A stretch of DNA of 24,444 bases from Amoebophrya sp. A120 (Eukaryota > Protista > Dinoflagellata), in NCBI GenBank assembly GCA_905178155.1, contig CAJINV010000039.1, positions 1 through 24,444 on the forward strand, given 5' to 3'. Positions within the stretch are counted from its first letter, which is position 1; the number at the start of each line of letters is the position of its first letter. Of the stretch, positions 1-12,679 are shown one piece after another. A program made the position numbers and the translations under genes. The notes below the pieces were generated by a model. The model did not search any database, had not been told where the DNA came from, and was given only the letters and a program-made list of their open reading frames with translations.

Positions 1-2
1 AA

Positions 3-1192
3 GAGTCCGTGTGGCCGTGCGAGTTGCACTTTCAACTTCCGTCCACGATCGAGCAAGTTAGCTGGCGGCGCGAGCGGTGTGACGCATGTACTACCGGAGT
101 GCTTAGCAGTCTAGGCTCCTCAGATTCGGTCATCACTACAAACCCTATTCTTACCTACAACGAGAAAGGACGAGCTTGGGAATGGATTGAAGCCGAAGTG
201 CTAGGTCGCGTGACGGAAGTGGACACGACAACGGTGCGCATCCAGTTCTCAGGTTTTGCAGGAATGCGGTGCGTCTTTGGTCATTATCTCACGGGACGGC
301 TCGATCACGCACTCGAGAAGATCGAGCGGCGCGGTGTCCAGGTACAAGGCTTGCCGTGGCCGCATTTGAATGGCGAGTACGTGGTAACTAACCTGTCCAA
401 CTCGCGCTCGGGCACCATCCTGTCACATGTTGACAGCCATATCAGTCACACGACATTCGCCTCTCCACCCGCGAGAACCGCCCGCTTTGAGATGTCCGAC
501 GGCGTGTGGCGCCTTGTCGAGAAAGTCCAGAACAGGGTATCCATTCTAGCAGAAGGCAAACCGGGCGTCCGAGACTCGTATCAGTACTTGCGGACGACTG
601 GATCGTGGCAAACTGGCCAAAACTTTTTGGGCAGTACGGGGCAATTGTTTTTCTCTCCAGCTGGCGTGCAAATTTGGACCTCCGGCGTCACGAAGACCGA
701 AAATTTCGCCCAGGTTGTGATCTTCGCAATCGGGGAGCACTTGCATTTCCCGTACAAACCGCATGAGCCAGCTACTGGGAGCGGATTTTCGCCCAGCGCC
801 GCACCGTCGCGTGGAGCTGGGCCTTGGGCCAGTGTTGAGGCTCCTCCCCTGCAACTACCCTGGAAATGGATTGTGGACGGCGCCGACTGGCAATCACGAC
901 AAGGCGTGGTGCCGGGCACGTTTGTGTTGCAACCCCCGACCGTGGCACGCTATATCAAAGAACACTACGATCCTGATCCCGATTTTCTCAGCACAGAAAC
1001 GGAAACGCAAACGGAACTGGAGACGCCAAGTACAGCACGAGACAGCCCGCAGCCTCGATACTTGGTGTGGTTACGCGACACAACGACGACTCACGTCGGA
1101 CTACCACTTATCAACGAGAGCGGCTGCGCATACCGCACTGAGAGCGCTTTCTTTCCTCAGACTGGCAGCGAAGAAAGTGGCTGCCTGGAAAG
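3..1192 (+). CDS. Exon of giant SecA-like gene (5'-truncated; unknown N-terminal region)
   Basis: Frame is open from the window start through ORF 9..1229 and joins the next ORF in frame across an IR-bounded intron. No recognisable domain. Confidence 0.6.
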
Positions 1193-1599
1193 TTATCACA
1201 TTGAAAGGATTCCTCTAATTTCTTCTTAACTACCGACGAAAAGACCACCACCACTTTCATCTCCGGTGTAGAGTGCTCTAGGAATAAATTATTTGTTGCC
1301 TTGACGGACTTGTTGCTTCCGTCCGCACGTCAGGAAAGTAACGCCCTGAACCTTCGTAGTTTGTATTGATTCAAAGCCAAGTACTGGTATGCATGCAGTC
1401 CGAACACTATTTAATCGAATGCTGGTTTGTGATTGCAGCATGCACTCCTTTTTTTGCAGATCAATCTATGGACCTATTCTTGCCATTGCTTAGCTTCCCC
1501 GCATTTCCAGGTGTTGAAGCATTGGGAGATTGATACGCATGTTCCCCTTAGTTAGCATGACATGAATTGGGCGAGCAACAGCTTTTAAGGTGATAATAG
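1193..1599 (+). mobile_element. IR-bounded intron (introner-like)
   Basis: ttatcacattgaaag (1193-1207) matches the reverse complement of 1582-1596 at 13/15. Removing 1193..1599 (DR ag) gives CLERDIEFIIV. A GT-AG alternative 1192..1601 is also in frame. Confidence 0.65.
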
Positions 1600-2801
1600 A
1601 GACATAGAGTTCATCATAGTGACGGCCACTCCAGTGTTGTCTTTTCCGTCGTCAACGGCAGCTGCTCCCGAAAATTTTGTTCACGTAGACAAGATATGGG
1701 ATTGGCAGGTTCGAATTTACAGCTACACCGGTTATTGGGAAACGGAAAGTGGCGCGTTGCGTGCGAAGGAATTCGACTTTCACACGAAAGGTGGCCTTGT
1801 CTGGTTTTACGTCGACGCCCGCGAAGACAACTTCTATTTTGGCCGCGTTGATGTCACATTGTCGGCAGTGAAATACGAAGTTGGACGAACCGAGTCTGGT
1901 ACCAGTAAGCCAGGCCGCAGTACAAGGCTCGTTAGTGGACCAGCACTTCCCGACGTCGACGTCGGAGACACCGTGAGCAGCCACTCCTGCGCCAGCTGCG
2001 ACAAAAGAAACGTGACGAACGAAGAAGCCAAATCAAGCGCGTCAGTTGAAAAGTGCTGCTTGCCAGCAAAAGCGAGATCTTCGGTTGCCGCGGGCGATGT
2101 GGGTCTGGGTGACGCGACAGAATACAAAATAACGTCCTCTGATGAAGATCCTGCACCTGATACAGCCCTGGATTCTCTATTCCGGCTTCGCGGCCCTGCA
2201 GTTTTGGGGATCAATGCTGGGAAAATTGCTTCTGTATTGGCTTCCAAAAGGGTCGGGGAGATTTGCGTGCACCAGGCAAGAACTGCTCGTCTTGAAAATG
2301 AGCCAATAGCTCCACTAAAGTGCGTTGCGGAGCAACTGAAAAACCTCGCGGAGGCGGACTTTCTCGACGATGTTTCCAGTCCTGCTAATTGCTGGAGACG
2401 GTGGAAAAAAATGGCTCACGAAAAGTTTCCGAGCCTGACGAAGTACTTCGAGGAGATTATGGGAGGCGGGAAATCAAACGGGGCACAGGACGAAATCGTC
2501 AGTGTTTTCTCGCTCGCACTTTGCAAGTACTCCAGAGACGATGGCTCTGACGCGGCGAAGGACGCTCTTGTGTTGCTGGTAAAAGAAGGGTTGCCCTCGT
2601 TGCATGCGGCGTCGGAAGTAGCGAACTACTTCGACACCATAGAAGCCGGGATGAATTTTTGGCGCCTGCGGGAAAATCGCTCTCGTACGTTCTTACGAAA
2701 TGTCGTCAATGACATGGTGGTAGCGATAAACAACATTCAACCGCACCGCCGGTCGCTGCGGAAACTTCTCTTTACAATGGCGGCAATTGCTGAGAGGATA
2801 T
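1600..2801 (+). CDS. Exon of giant gene (aromatic beta-rich segment, then helical segment)
   Basis: Lies in ORF 1619..2839, whose frame is open back to 1589. Confidence 0.65.
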
Positions 2802-3442
2802 CCACCACATCACTAAGACCTCCACACACGTTAATGTAGTGCACTACTCTACAAGTAGTTGTAGTTGCTATTCGTCAAACAAGCACGGCGAAGAAAGCAC
2901 TTTACGGGTGGTACACTTGCACGATTATCTGTAAATAAAATATCCCACTTTCCTTGCAGCTCCTGTAGGTGTAAACGAGGTACCACATATTGTATTTTGT
3001 TTCTCTCGTCTCTCTCTCTCTCTCTCTTTGCCTTCGTACTTGCCAATCTGTCACCGTCAACGGTCGTCCCTAGAAGTAGCAGCCTCTGTGTATAAGGTAT
3101 CGCGACATTGCTGACGCTTGGGTGAGGTCTAATCATGCATACAGCAGCTCGCTTGTTCACGCAAATGCTACATGGTTTGAGGATGTTGACTCGATACACC
3201 GTGGCGGCTCAGAATACTCAGTGCCTCTGCACCGAGGATCCATGTTATGGACGGCAACACCGAACGAGTAACTGTAGCTGCATTGTGGATGTGTACACGT
3301 CGAAACGCTGCGCAATGTTTGAGTGTCGTGTGCGCAAAAAGTGCAATTGCCAATTGTGCATGATGTGCGCGCAAGAAGTGCATTCCCGATGGCCAAGTGT
3401 GCGCGTGGAGCAATTGTGCGCGCCAAAAGAAGTGGTGGATAT
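2802..3442 (+). mobile_element. Non-canonical intron with IR and 6-nt DR (introner-like)
   Basis: Perfect 11-nt IR atatccaccac (2798-2808) / gtggtggatat (3432-3442). DR ggatat at 2796-2801 and 3437-3442. Removal gives in-frame AERICQKTKK. Confidence 0.7.
3009..3026. repeat. (TC)9 microsatellite within intron
   Basis: Read directly from the sequence. Confidence 0.85.
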
Positions 3443-5928
3443 GCCAAAAGACAAAAAAATCGCAGCACTCGTACAGTCTTGTCGCTTCATGCAGAACCAT
3501 CGAATCCCTGCGGACAGCCATCTTGGACTATGGCATTGCAACCGATGATGAGAAGTCGAACTTTAGCCTTCGCAGTTCATCATCCCAAGCAGCGGAAGCC
3601 CCTCCTGGATATGTCGTGGAGCTGCATTACGCAGATCCGCTCTCCTTCGCCAGCACCGGATGGGACATTGGAGCCGGTGTAGTTTTGCGAAGTTCACAAA
3701 TTTGCGGGGTCGCAAACTCAGCCGCGGCAAAGGATCGCAAAACGCTCACAGCAAGTTTATCGAAGCACTGCACACAAGCAGGGAAAGCGAAGCAATTGAG
3801 ATCTCCTATACCACACCAGGAGCACGAGGAGAATATGTTCTACCCCGCGCATAGCACGGATGACGCCGCCCTTGGTCCTTTGCTTCACTTCGTTGTGTAC
3901 AGCCTCGATTTGAAAAGTTACCTGGGAACGCGAAACACCCGTGGCGCCGAGCGCCGAGACGAACACCAGGTTGTTGTGGAGAACGCGTGGACAGGAGAGC
4001 CATTATTGGCGCAGCCTCTCAGCCTGGCCTTCAAGTGGTCGAAGGAAGTGCCCGCCCTGACAACGGTGCAGCTCGCTTGGGACGAGCTACACCAGCAGTT
4101 GCTAGAGAAAGTTCTGCGTCTTCAAATCGAAAGTGCAACAACTGATCGCGCTGTTGATTACGAAGTTGTTGTACATGGCTCCTCCATCACGAAAGGGCTT
4201 CTTCGAAACGCAAGCCCCGACGGTACTCCTGCGGACAGCGCCGGGGGAAGCGCCGATGTTCTTGATGCCCAATCAGAAGGAGGAACAGCTCGCAACCAAC
4301 TGGCATTGGCACTAAACGGGCCTGCGGGTGCACTGTTTCTGCCTGAATCCCGGATTCGGTCTCTGGCCAATGACCACGATGCCTTCTGGCGCTGGGTTGT
4401 CGCACGAGACACAACTCGGTCGCGTGCTGTTTTTTTGCCTGCGACTGACAAGATCACTCTCAGATGGGATGCGAGGCCATCATCGATTACCGTTGCGTTG
4501 GCAGTACCCAACCTGCAGAAGAACGGCTCGGAAGCACTAGAAATTTCTGCACGTATGCCGCCTTTATCTCCATTTGGCGCCGCGGCCGAACTTCCAGCCA
4601 CTTTTCGTGAAGAGATCGTAGACGAGATATTCCGAAAAAGCCCCATTTTGAAGCAGTGCCCCCAGTTCCGTGTAATGCTAGATCCCGTACCAGGAGAAGA
4701 CACGACGAGTTCTCCGACCTCAACGTCAGCGTCTAGCGAGGGACCTGATGGGAACAGCATTCTCTTCGCACCCGGAGCAGCGACCCCGTACTTCGCGCTC
4801 GCTCCACGGGGCAATGGTGTGTCCAATGTCAGGGTGCGGTTTTTTCGTCCCGAGGTTTTTGCGGCGGAAGTGCCTTTCGGACCGACCAGGGTCTTGGAAG
4901 GCGACTTGATGCGGTCTTTCAGCACAAGTGACTTTATTGGTTTCACGAGAATCTCTTTGCCCACAGTCGCTGCTGATCGCACAAAAGCCAGATCCTCCTT
5001 GATCACTGCTGTGTGTTCCAAGCTGAGCGAATTTGCTGCGACAAACCACGGCCGACACGACGAGCGGTGTAGCGAAATGGAGGGAGGCGAAGATGGCATT
5101 CGCAAAAATCTCGCTATTTATCAAAGGCAGCAGGTGGGACAAGACGCCGATAAGCTTGTGCTGCTTCACTCCGAAGAAGGTCAGCACTCCTCTCCGTGGC
5201 TTTTTTCTGACGGGGAGGAGCTAGTCCTCCGCTTTCCCCGTCGCGAAGGAACCGCTGTCGAAGTGAGTTTCGAATTCCAGATTGGCGACGCGTCGGCAGC
5301 AACGCCTGCTGTTTCACTGGGCAAAGTGAGCGCAGTCGCGAACAATCACAGTGCAGCAAGCACAGTTTCGACGCAGTGGATTGCTGCCTTTCTGGGCGAC
5401 CTCACGAAATCTGTACCTGACGACGCTGCAACCGCGCAAAGGGTCGGTGTTGTTTTGCAAGCCTTAGCTGTTCTCTACCGACCATGGGATGAGAATGCCA
5501 CCCTTCGCCGAGCGGCACCACTGGAACTCGGCCTACTTCAAAGCCTTGAGAAACTTTTAATTCATTGCACATATCCTGGCTCGCCGGCTGCAGATGGCCC
5601 TCCGAGGAAAAGGCTCCGAAGAAAAACGGCTTCACGAGACTTCTTGGCGCGCAGTTCACCCGCTATGAAAACAAATACTGGTGGGTCTTCATCGGATGAC
5701 GACAGTGCCGCTGCACTCATCGCGCTCGAAGAGGACGTATTCGGCCGAAGATCTGTTGCGGATGCGTGGCGCAATGTATGCCACCTTGAGCATCGTGCGG
5801 CACCGACAAAAGCTGCGCCGGAGCCCACATCCACAATCCTCCGCAGAGGCGAAGCCTTTGGCTTTGCTCTTGCAGCTGGTGACAAATTTACATTGAAACT
5901 TATGCAAGATGTGACACTTTCTCACTCA
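3443..5928 (+). CDS. Exon of giant gene (~830 aa, unknown function)
   Basis: Lies in the 859-aa ORF 3397..5976. Confidence 0.7.
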
Positions 5929-6249
5929 AAGTCAAGGCACCCTCTGCTTGGCAATCGCTTGGACTCTGTAGGATGATTGTCGTCACACTTCAATACGCAT
6001 CTTTGCGCATGTGTGTGAGCATAGCAGTCGTGGTAGCCATCTTCTTACTCGACCTCTGCATTCGCGCTAGACCAGCGGGCAAGAGCATCAAACTAAGTAG
6101 TTCATCAACATGAACTAGTAGATGACGATGACTCTGCGCCATTATTTTCCCATGCTCTCTAATTGTGCCATCATCCTGATCGACAAAGGTGAAAAGTGAA
6201 ACTCAACCTCAGGCGACTTCGCGCTATCAGAGGTGCGTGGTGGCACTCA
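5929..6249 (+). mobile_element. Intron with degenerate IR and 6-nt DR (introner-like)
   Basis: DR cactca at 5923-5928 and 6244-6249. Nested IR blocks gcaccctctg/cagaggtgc and aggatgat/atcatcct. A GT-AG alternative 5931..6263 is also in frame. Confidence 0.6.
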
Positions 6250-6276
6250 GCCACCTCTTCCAGATTGCTATTGATA
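6250..6276 (+). CDS. Putative micro-exon (ATSSRLLLI)
   Basis: Same frame as ORF 6355. Followed by a 66-nt GT-AG intron (6277..6342) containing in-frame stops. The join reads SRLLLIYELHVTPP. Confidence 0.45.
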
Positions 6277-6342
6277 GTTTAGGTATCAAGAGCGCGGCTC
6301 TAAGTAAAGATCAGCAACCATTGTGAGTGCCGCAGCTGCTAG

Positions 6343-8013
6343 TACGAACTGCATGTGACTCCACCAAGCGATGGCACCCAAACAGTGCTGGGCGAGTTTC
6401 CTTTCCTCCCCTCGATAAAAATCGCAGATGGGCCTGTGGCGAAAGTATTTCAGAATCTGATCGCAGAGATGACAGCGCGCGTCTCGGGGCGCGGGCAAAA
6501 GCGGACTGCGGACAACGTAGAAGTTCATCAGGACCTCAGTGGATCGACACGATGGGTTTTCAGTTTGGAAACTTACTTGATGCAGGAGAAGAAGAAGAAG
6601 GTTGGGTAGCTGGTGCCGTCCGTCGATTCGCAGTCGCACGATTTGCTCGGCCAGTCGATCCAGCAGCAGCTGCAGATCGCTCTCGTACTCCTCACTGCAC
6701 TCCCGGTAGAGTCTGTTTTGGATGAGGCCCGCAAATTGTGGACCTTCGTGTGGGACTGCTTTGGGAGCGTTGCGCGATCTGTCGCAGATTATAGAACATC
6801 CCTCATTTCAACTTCGTATTTGATCGTGTGGATCTCCGCGGTGCAGGAATTTTCGGAGTCTATTGACGAAGTTCTGGTTGAAAACCACTTCCGACTTGCC
6901 ATGTTGCGGGCAGAAAAAGACAAAATTGTGAATACCACGTCGCAGGGAAGTTGCACGCGCAACGCCGACGGGGGGACAGGGACGTCTACCACAAGTGGAA
7001 CCAATCCTCCTGCAAAGGTTAATCTGGTACGTGGAAGCCCGCTCGATTTCCTGCTCCTGGAGAAAACTGCAATCGGGCACATAGCGACCCTGCTCACTTT
7101 CGACGGCTTGTTCACAGATCGGCACTTTGCCTCCGTTGTAGAGGACACACGACCGTCGAGATCGGATGCCCATCTCGCCGCTGGAGAGTCGAACAGGGCA
7201 CGCCCCCAAAAAGAGTCCAGCCGCCTCCTCGAGTTGCTGGTCTCTTCAAATTTTCAAGGTGACGAGGAAATGCTGCCCACTGCCTACTTGCCGGCCTTGT
7301 TTCAGGATACGCGAGCAAAGCTTGTCAAGATTCTCAAAGACCAGGTTCGAAAGCATGTCTCAAGCGGAGAAGCAGCCTACAAACGCCTGCGGGAAGGGCC
7401 ACACGCAATCGCGACATTGAAGCAGGTGTGTGGCGATGCCGATAATAACTCAGCGCGTATTCGCCTCGAAGCTTTGTTTGCACTCGAGCACGAAGCTAAA
7501 GAGAACCGCATTTCGGGGACCGAGTTGAAATCGTGGCTGCAAAAATTCAAATTTGAAACTAGAACAGGAACCACTACGACTACGTGTGCGGGCACGACGG
7601 CCGGTAGTTCGACGACACCAAGTTTCGTAGAGGCAAACTTTTCCGAATTGTGGGATCGACTGTCCAGTTCGTGGAACCAAGCTGCTCTGAATTCGCGACC
7701 CGTTCTTCCTGCAACACACGACGTTGGCACCGTTCGCTCCTCTACTGATTTTGCGATTTTTCGGCAACCGATCGTAGGAACTGAAAACACCGTCGCAGCG
7801 GTCGCGGATCAATTTATGCGAAGATGGGCGTCTATTCGTAATACTGAGGAACTCCACCGCAATTCCGCAGAAAAGCGCTTTTTGGAGTTTTGCAAGACGT
7901 CACGAGTGGACATGCAGAGCCGCTTCGCGGTGAAGCAATGGCTTGCAGCAGAGTTTGTGTCCTGGGTGAAAACCGCCGATCCTCCGGTTCCAAATTCCGA
8001 TATCAGAATGAAG
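6343..8013 (+). CDS. Exon(s) of giant gene; in-frame TAG at 6607-6609 is probably inside a short intron
   Basis: ORFs 6355..6609 and 6613..8043 share a frame. Candidate donor AAG|GT at 6601 with in-frame CAG acceptors at 6633, 6654, 6663, 6666 and 6669. Confidence 0.6.
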
Positions 8014-8173
8014 GTATCTGCAGACAGACTGTGGAACAAGTAGTTGAAGAGCACACGACAGCAGGGCAGTGCAAGAAGCCCGCCTTTTTGAAAAAAGCAT
8101 ACGAATGATCCGTCATACACTGACACCTTGTAGAAAAGCACATGTCTGATATTTCGACTTCTGCGCACTTCAG
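8014..8173 (+). other. GT-AG intron (donor 8014 or 7987)
   Basis: AAG|GTATCT ... CTTCAG|GCA, phase 0. IR atatcaga (8000-8007) / tctgatat (8145-8152) would favour the earlier donor at 7987. Confidence 0.6.
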
Positions 8174-8694
8174 GCAGTCATTCGCACGCGGCTAAAAGAT
8201 GCGAACAAAGGGCTGACGCTGAGTTGCTTTTCACATGAAAACAACAACACTGCTAGCACGACCTTGCACGATGAGGATCTCCCGCTCGTTTCGTCTGCGT
8301 CATTTACTCGCATAGAAAAATCACTGAATCTAGAAGAGCTTGATGCCATGCAAGAGAATATCGAATTTTCAGCCTTCCTGGACCTGCTGACTCGCAACCT
8401 CCCAGTTTTGCAGCTTGTTGTATGGGCGCCAGGCGGCGGTGAAACGACCGCGGATCGATGGAAAATTGATAGCATCTGGAAGCAGCGAGCGCCCCAAAAT
8501 ACGCAGAACGCCTTGCCCCCAGGCAGCGACAGTGATGAGCCTGTGCTAGAATTTCACTTCTTCAAGGAAGACCGAGAACTTGTAGTACAACCTGCAGCAA
8601 CGACGGATGGCGGAGACCCGGCTCAGCCTACGCCTAAACCGCAAACTAATAGCTCTGACGGTGAGGCTGCGCCGAAGCCACAGCCTCGAAATAT
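8174..8694 (+). CDS. Exon of giant gene
   Basis: Frame of ORF 8264..8728 is open back past 8174. Confidence 0.6.
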
Positions 8695-9074
8695 CGCATG
8701 TGAGTGGCGTCTTGATGTTTCCCACTAAGCTAAGCGACTAGTACTGGCAAATAATACACAGCAAAAAGACGAAGGGAAGATGCAAAGGTGCTCCGACGGA
8801 CTGAGCTTCAATGATCTTATGTTGCATCGTGTAGGTACAGCCAGTAGCGGTCCGGAACCCACAGTAATGCATGATACTGCAAAAGGAAACCCCGAGAAAG
8901 GAGTTGCGTCGGTGAGGCCTGAGCCGCTACCAGGAGATGCTGTTGATGTAGATTGCTTAACAAAAAACTCTGGTGCAGCGGCATGCCTGTTCCTTTGTTG
9001 TTGTGCTGGCTAAGTATGTATATTCGTAACAAAACTTTTAGGCTGCTGGAGAAACATCACACTTGAACTTCGAT
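8695..9074 (+). mobile_element. IR-bounded intron (introner-like)
   Basis: Perfect IR tgatgtttc (8713-8721) / gaaacatca (9051-9059), plus terminal atcg/cgat. DR at gives in-frame PRNMLLLAL. A GTGAGT donor at 8700 is an alternative. Confidence 0.55.
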
Positions 9075-10216
9075 GCTGCTTCTTGCACTACATTCCCTGG
9101 TATTGCTTCCGGAAGCGGCTTCAGTAACGGAAGGCGAGTCTGTCTCGGTGTCGGAGGATCAGAAGAGCTCGCACTCAAATGAGAAGCCTGCCGTTCGTGG
9201 ACAAGTTTGGTGGATGTGGAAGCTCCTAACACAGGTTCTCACAACGCTCATGGGAGGGCTTCCAGCGCCCTCGGCTGACTACCTCCAGACGAGATTTTTG
9301 GGTGCGCCCAGTACGATGCCGGAGCCCACACAGCAGCTGGGTCTAGAGTACATGTTTTCCGAGCTCAGCACAACGATTGTGCACACACACAAGCTCGACA
9401 GTACGAAGATGGAGGGCAGCGGCTTTCCTGAAGCTAATTCTGCGTGGTCCCACCTGCAGACCCACGTTAGGGATGAAATTTGCGTTGTGGCACGCGACAG
9501 GGCTGCTTGTGCCGTATCAAAACTGGAGGGGGTGCTTGCAGCAACGCTGGTTTGGGCAAACACTCCAAAAAATCTGCAGGTGCTGAAGGAAGCTTCTGTC
9601 GCAAAAGAGAAGGGTGAGGAAGCTACCAATACTGACTCTTCAAAAAGAGATCCACTCTCACAGCCTCAAAGCACTAGCCCCGCTCCGAATATGCGACCTT
9701 CACCTGCCGCTGCGCCCCATGGCCATTCGTCGAGCGGCACGCAAAATTCTGCAACTGCAATGGGTGCAAGTGCTGGCTCTCTACCTGGCGCACAAACAGA
9801 ATATGTCGGCTTTCACGACGTGGCAGAACTATTCCGGCTGCTCCAAGTGTCACGCCATGCTGGCGCTTTTGAACAGGCTTTCACTTTGTTATCCGATGGC
9901 ATGCCGCAGGACGGCGTTCAGGCACTTACTGCGGAGCTTCAGGTGATATGGCTTGCGGACCAGCTGCGGCACGCGAATCCTCGGCCGTCCGATATCGCTG
10001 GCATTGACAAGCATATTCGAAACCGCACGAAAACCATTCAGCAGTCTACTTCTTCCGCCGACGACTATACCTACGGCAATTTATCCAGCATAGAACTTGT
10101 CGTTTCCCTAGCAGTCTCCCCGTTCGCGGTAGAAGAAGTAGCGCAGTTTTTTGAGATCCTCGCTGCGCATACAGAAATTCTTACACCCGCTAAGGTTCTG
10201 GCAAAAATTAGAAGAT
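9075..10216 (+). CDS. Exon of giant gene (helical region)
   Basis: Lies in ORF 9073..10320. Confidence 0.7.
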
Positions 10217-10597
10217 GCGAAGTATCTCAAAGCCAATCACGATTATTCGCACCCGCACGCTCTCACTGCAGATTTACGTGCCTGCTTGTAATGCAGTTTG
10301 CATTGAAATGCGCAATGTAGTCCTGAATGCCCAAGAAAAAGAATTTGTATGTTCACTATGTATGCATTGATGTCTCTCGCGCGATGAGAGACCCTCCCCC
10401 TCCGTTGTTGTGACTATGAATAGCGTGCTTCCAAAATATAGCTGTACGGACACGCAAGATAAAACGCAATCTCTTCGCACCGGGACGGAGTCGGAACGGA
10501 TGCCCAGCACTGATCTTCCTTGTGTGCATGCTGAGCTCGCCTTTAGGTACTGCGGTGTGCCGGGTGCGAAGCTATGTTTTTCCATTTCGATACGCAT
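10217..10597 (+). mobile_element. IR-bounded non-canonical intron (introner-like)
   Basis: IR ttcgcacccg (10246-10255) / cgggtgcgaa (10561-10570), plus terminal gatgcg/cgcatc. DR at gives in-frame KIRRSAVSRG. Confidence 0.65.
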
Positions 10598-11546
10598 CCG
10601 CTGTGTCAAGAGGGGCGCCAATCTCGCTGAGAAACTGCAGCCAAAAGCTGATCAAGCTGGTCCTTGAACCGGCCCTAGAAGGATGGAATCTGCGCAAAGA
10701 TGAAAAAGAGCGCAAGGCACTCGACAGTCTCACATACGAACTTACTGGCGCCTGGCGTTCGCAGGAGGTCATGGCCGTGATCAAGCGCTTGCGGGACTCA
10801 GTGGCGGCGTTTCCAGAGGTTCGAGGGGTGCTAGAACTCTTGAATGATTACCAAATGGCAGAGGATTGGCGGCCTCTCGGAACTGGCATGCTAGGCCAGG
10901 AGCGCGATGACAGCAAAAATGCCACCCTGGTTAGTGTTCGCAGCGTGCAAGCGACCATCACAGAGTTCTTGAAAGTGACCGAACCTGCGAAGTGGAGCAC
11001 AGTCCTCCATTCGAAATTTGTGGCCATTCTTTTCCCCGGAAGCACAGAACTTTCTCCCGGAGCTGTCGCTGGGCACATCGAAAACGAGGCACGGACGCGA
11101 GCGGGCAGCACCAACTCGGAATTTTTGAAATCTGCAGGAGTGAACCTGCCGGCTAAGCACGACGAGATTGCGAGATTCCCCGTTGCCGATTCCCTTAACT
11201 GGAAAACTTGGGCAGACACCGTGCGCAGCAAGTTTGCTGCTGGAGAGGAAGTGGACATGGTCGAGGTTCTCGCTGTGCTAAAGTCTGGCTGGCACAAGAC
11301 TTTCCACGAAGAACTACGCGCTACACAAATGTTTGCTGTGATCACCCACCTTGACGCGTACAAATCCGGAACAAAAGGCAGACTCGGACAGGTTCCAACG
11401 GGTGAAGGCAAGACAGCCATCGTCGGCGTCCTCGCTGCTGCTTTGTCTCTGCACGGAAAAAAAGTCGACGTTATCACATCCTCGTCGGAACTCGCCAAGC
11501 CCCAAGCAGGGAAGCTAAGCCAATTTTTTCGCCGATTCGGCGTACG
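10598..11546 (+). CDS. Exon with SecA-like DEAD domain start and Walker A
   Basis: LRATQ ... GRLGQVPTGEGKT ... GKKVDVITSSSELA matches SecA xPxxVQ ... AEMxTGEGKT ... GxxVHVVTVNDYLA. Confidence 0.88.
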
Positions 11547-12007
11547 ATGAGCAAAAACAAGGATTGGTTTTGTCATGCGTTTCTACATCATACTTATTAT
11601 AGTATTAATACCCACGAGATAATTGCAACATAGCACAATAGCCTTGATGAACATATGAGAGCGAAATTTGATCGGCACAATTCGGTAGAAATAATCTCGG
11701 CGTTTCTATCCGAAGAAAGAAAAACGTCAGTCAAAGTCAAAAAGAGAAGCAAGATGCGACACACAATTGCCATGAAAGATGACGCAATACGTGCCGTTGC
11801 CGCCAGCAACCATGACTTTGCAGCGCAATACATGCTGCTGTTACGCTCATGGAAATCATTCTGCGTCAAAGGAAGATGAAGACGCAGGCAATGTTGAACA
11901 ACAACTGTAATTCTACATCATGAGTCTCATAGATACTAGTCGGACTCAGACTTTTCTCTCTTTTCTTTTCATACTCAACCTGCCTTGTTTTTTTTCGCGC
12001 AATGCCG
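11547..12007 (+). mobile_element. IR-bounded intron (introner-like)
   Basis: IR aaaaacaagg (11553-11562) / ccttgttttt (11983-11992). DR cg gives FGVRIGSDY. The exact junction is uncertain. Confidence 0.55.
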
Positions 12008-12679
12008 TATTGGGTCAGATTACATTCGGACTCCGAACAAGAAGGTGCGCTCGACTGGGACGAACACTAGATTTGCAGGCAGCGACGTGGTGTATGGTTC
12101 TCCCAGTCTTTTCCAGTGGGCTGACCTGCGACACCGATTCTCTCGAGAACAAGTTGAGGCACGGGATCGCGACACGCGGCCATACGACATTGCAATTATT
12201 GATGAGAGCGACTCTCTCATGGTTGACGGGACGGCGTCACAAGCATTGCTGTCAAGCCCGTTGATGGGCGCTCACCATCTACACAACTTCATGGCTTCCG
12301 TGTGGTTAATTGTGAAAGCGCAAAAGCAACATCTCAAGCAGTTCGAGGTGGACGGAGAGCTTTTAACTTTCGAAGTGCCACCACAGCTCCACACGATAGA
12401 GACTTGGGAAACATACAAGGACGTGCTAAAGGCGCACAACGTCTCCGTTCACGAGTCCCAAGCGATCGAAAACCGACGGGATCCGGAAACGGGGGAGCGT
12501 TTATACAAGTGTTGGACGGACTTTCTCACACAGAAGGTGGAGGAGGTGCTACGCAAGAGCGTCCGCGACTTCGAGTGGCACGCTAAGAGCCACCTGCCGG
12601 GAAAGAAGCTTACAGATGAGCAGATTTCGCAGGTCAGGCAAGGTGACGATCCGAACAACAACGACGTGGCTCCATATCA
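12008..12679 (+). CDS. Exon with SecA-like Walker B
   Basis: DVVYGSPSLFQWADLR (SecA DITYGTNNEFGFDYLR) and AIIDESDSLMVD (SecA AIVDEVDSILID). Confidence 0.88.

Noticed and set aside
3325-3435. Recurring tgtgcgc / caattg / aagtg motifs as a CRISPR-like array
   Set aside because: The motifs are short, degenerate, irregularly spaced and intronic, with no cas genes.
3323-3823. Alternative exon frame (ORF 3323..3682) plus an extra intron 3677..3819 with a short IR and ggagc DR
   Set aside because: The 3397 frame is uninterrupted and already joins via the 6-nt DR and 11-nt IR junction. The alternative is not excluded without cDNA.
11597-11879. Small ORFs inside introns as possible transposases or maturases (also 8780..9013, 17301..17794)
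   Set aside because: They are too short and lack DDE, RT or homing-endonuclease motifs, so the elements look non-autonomous.
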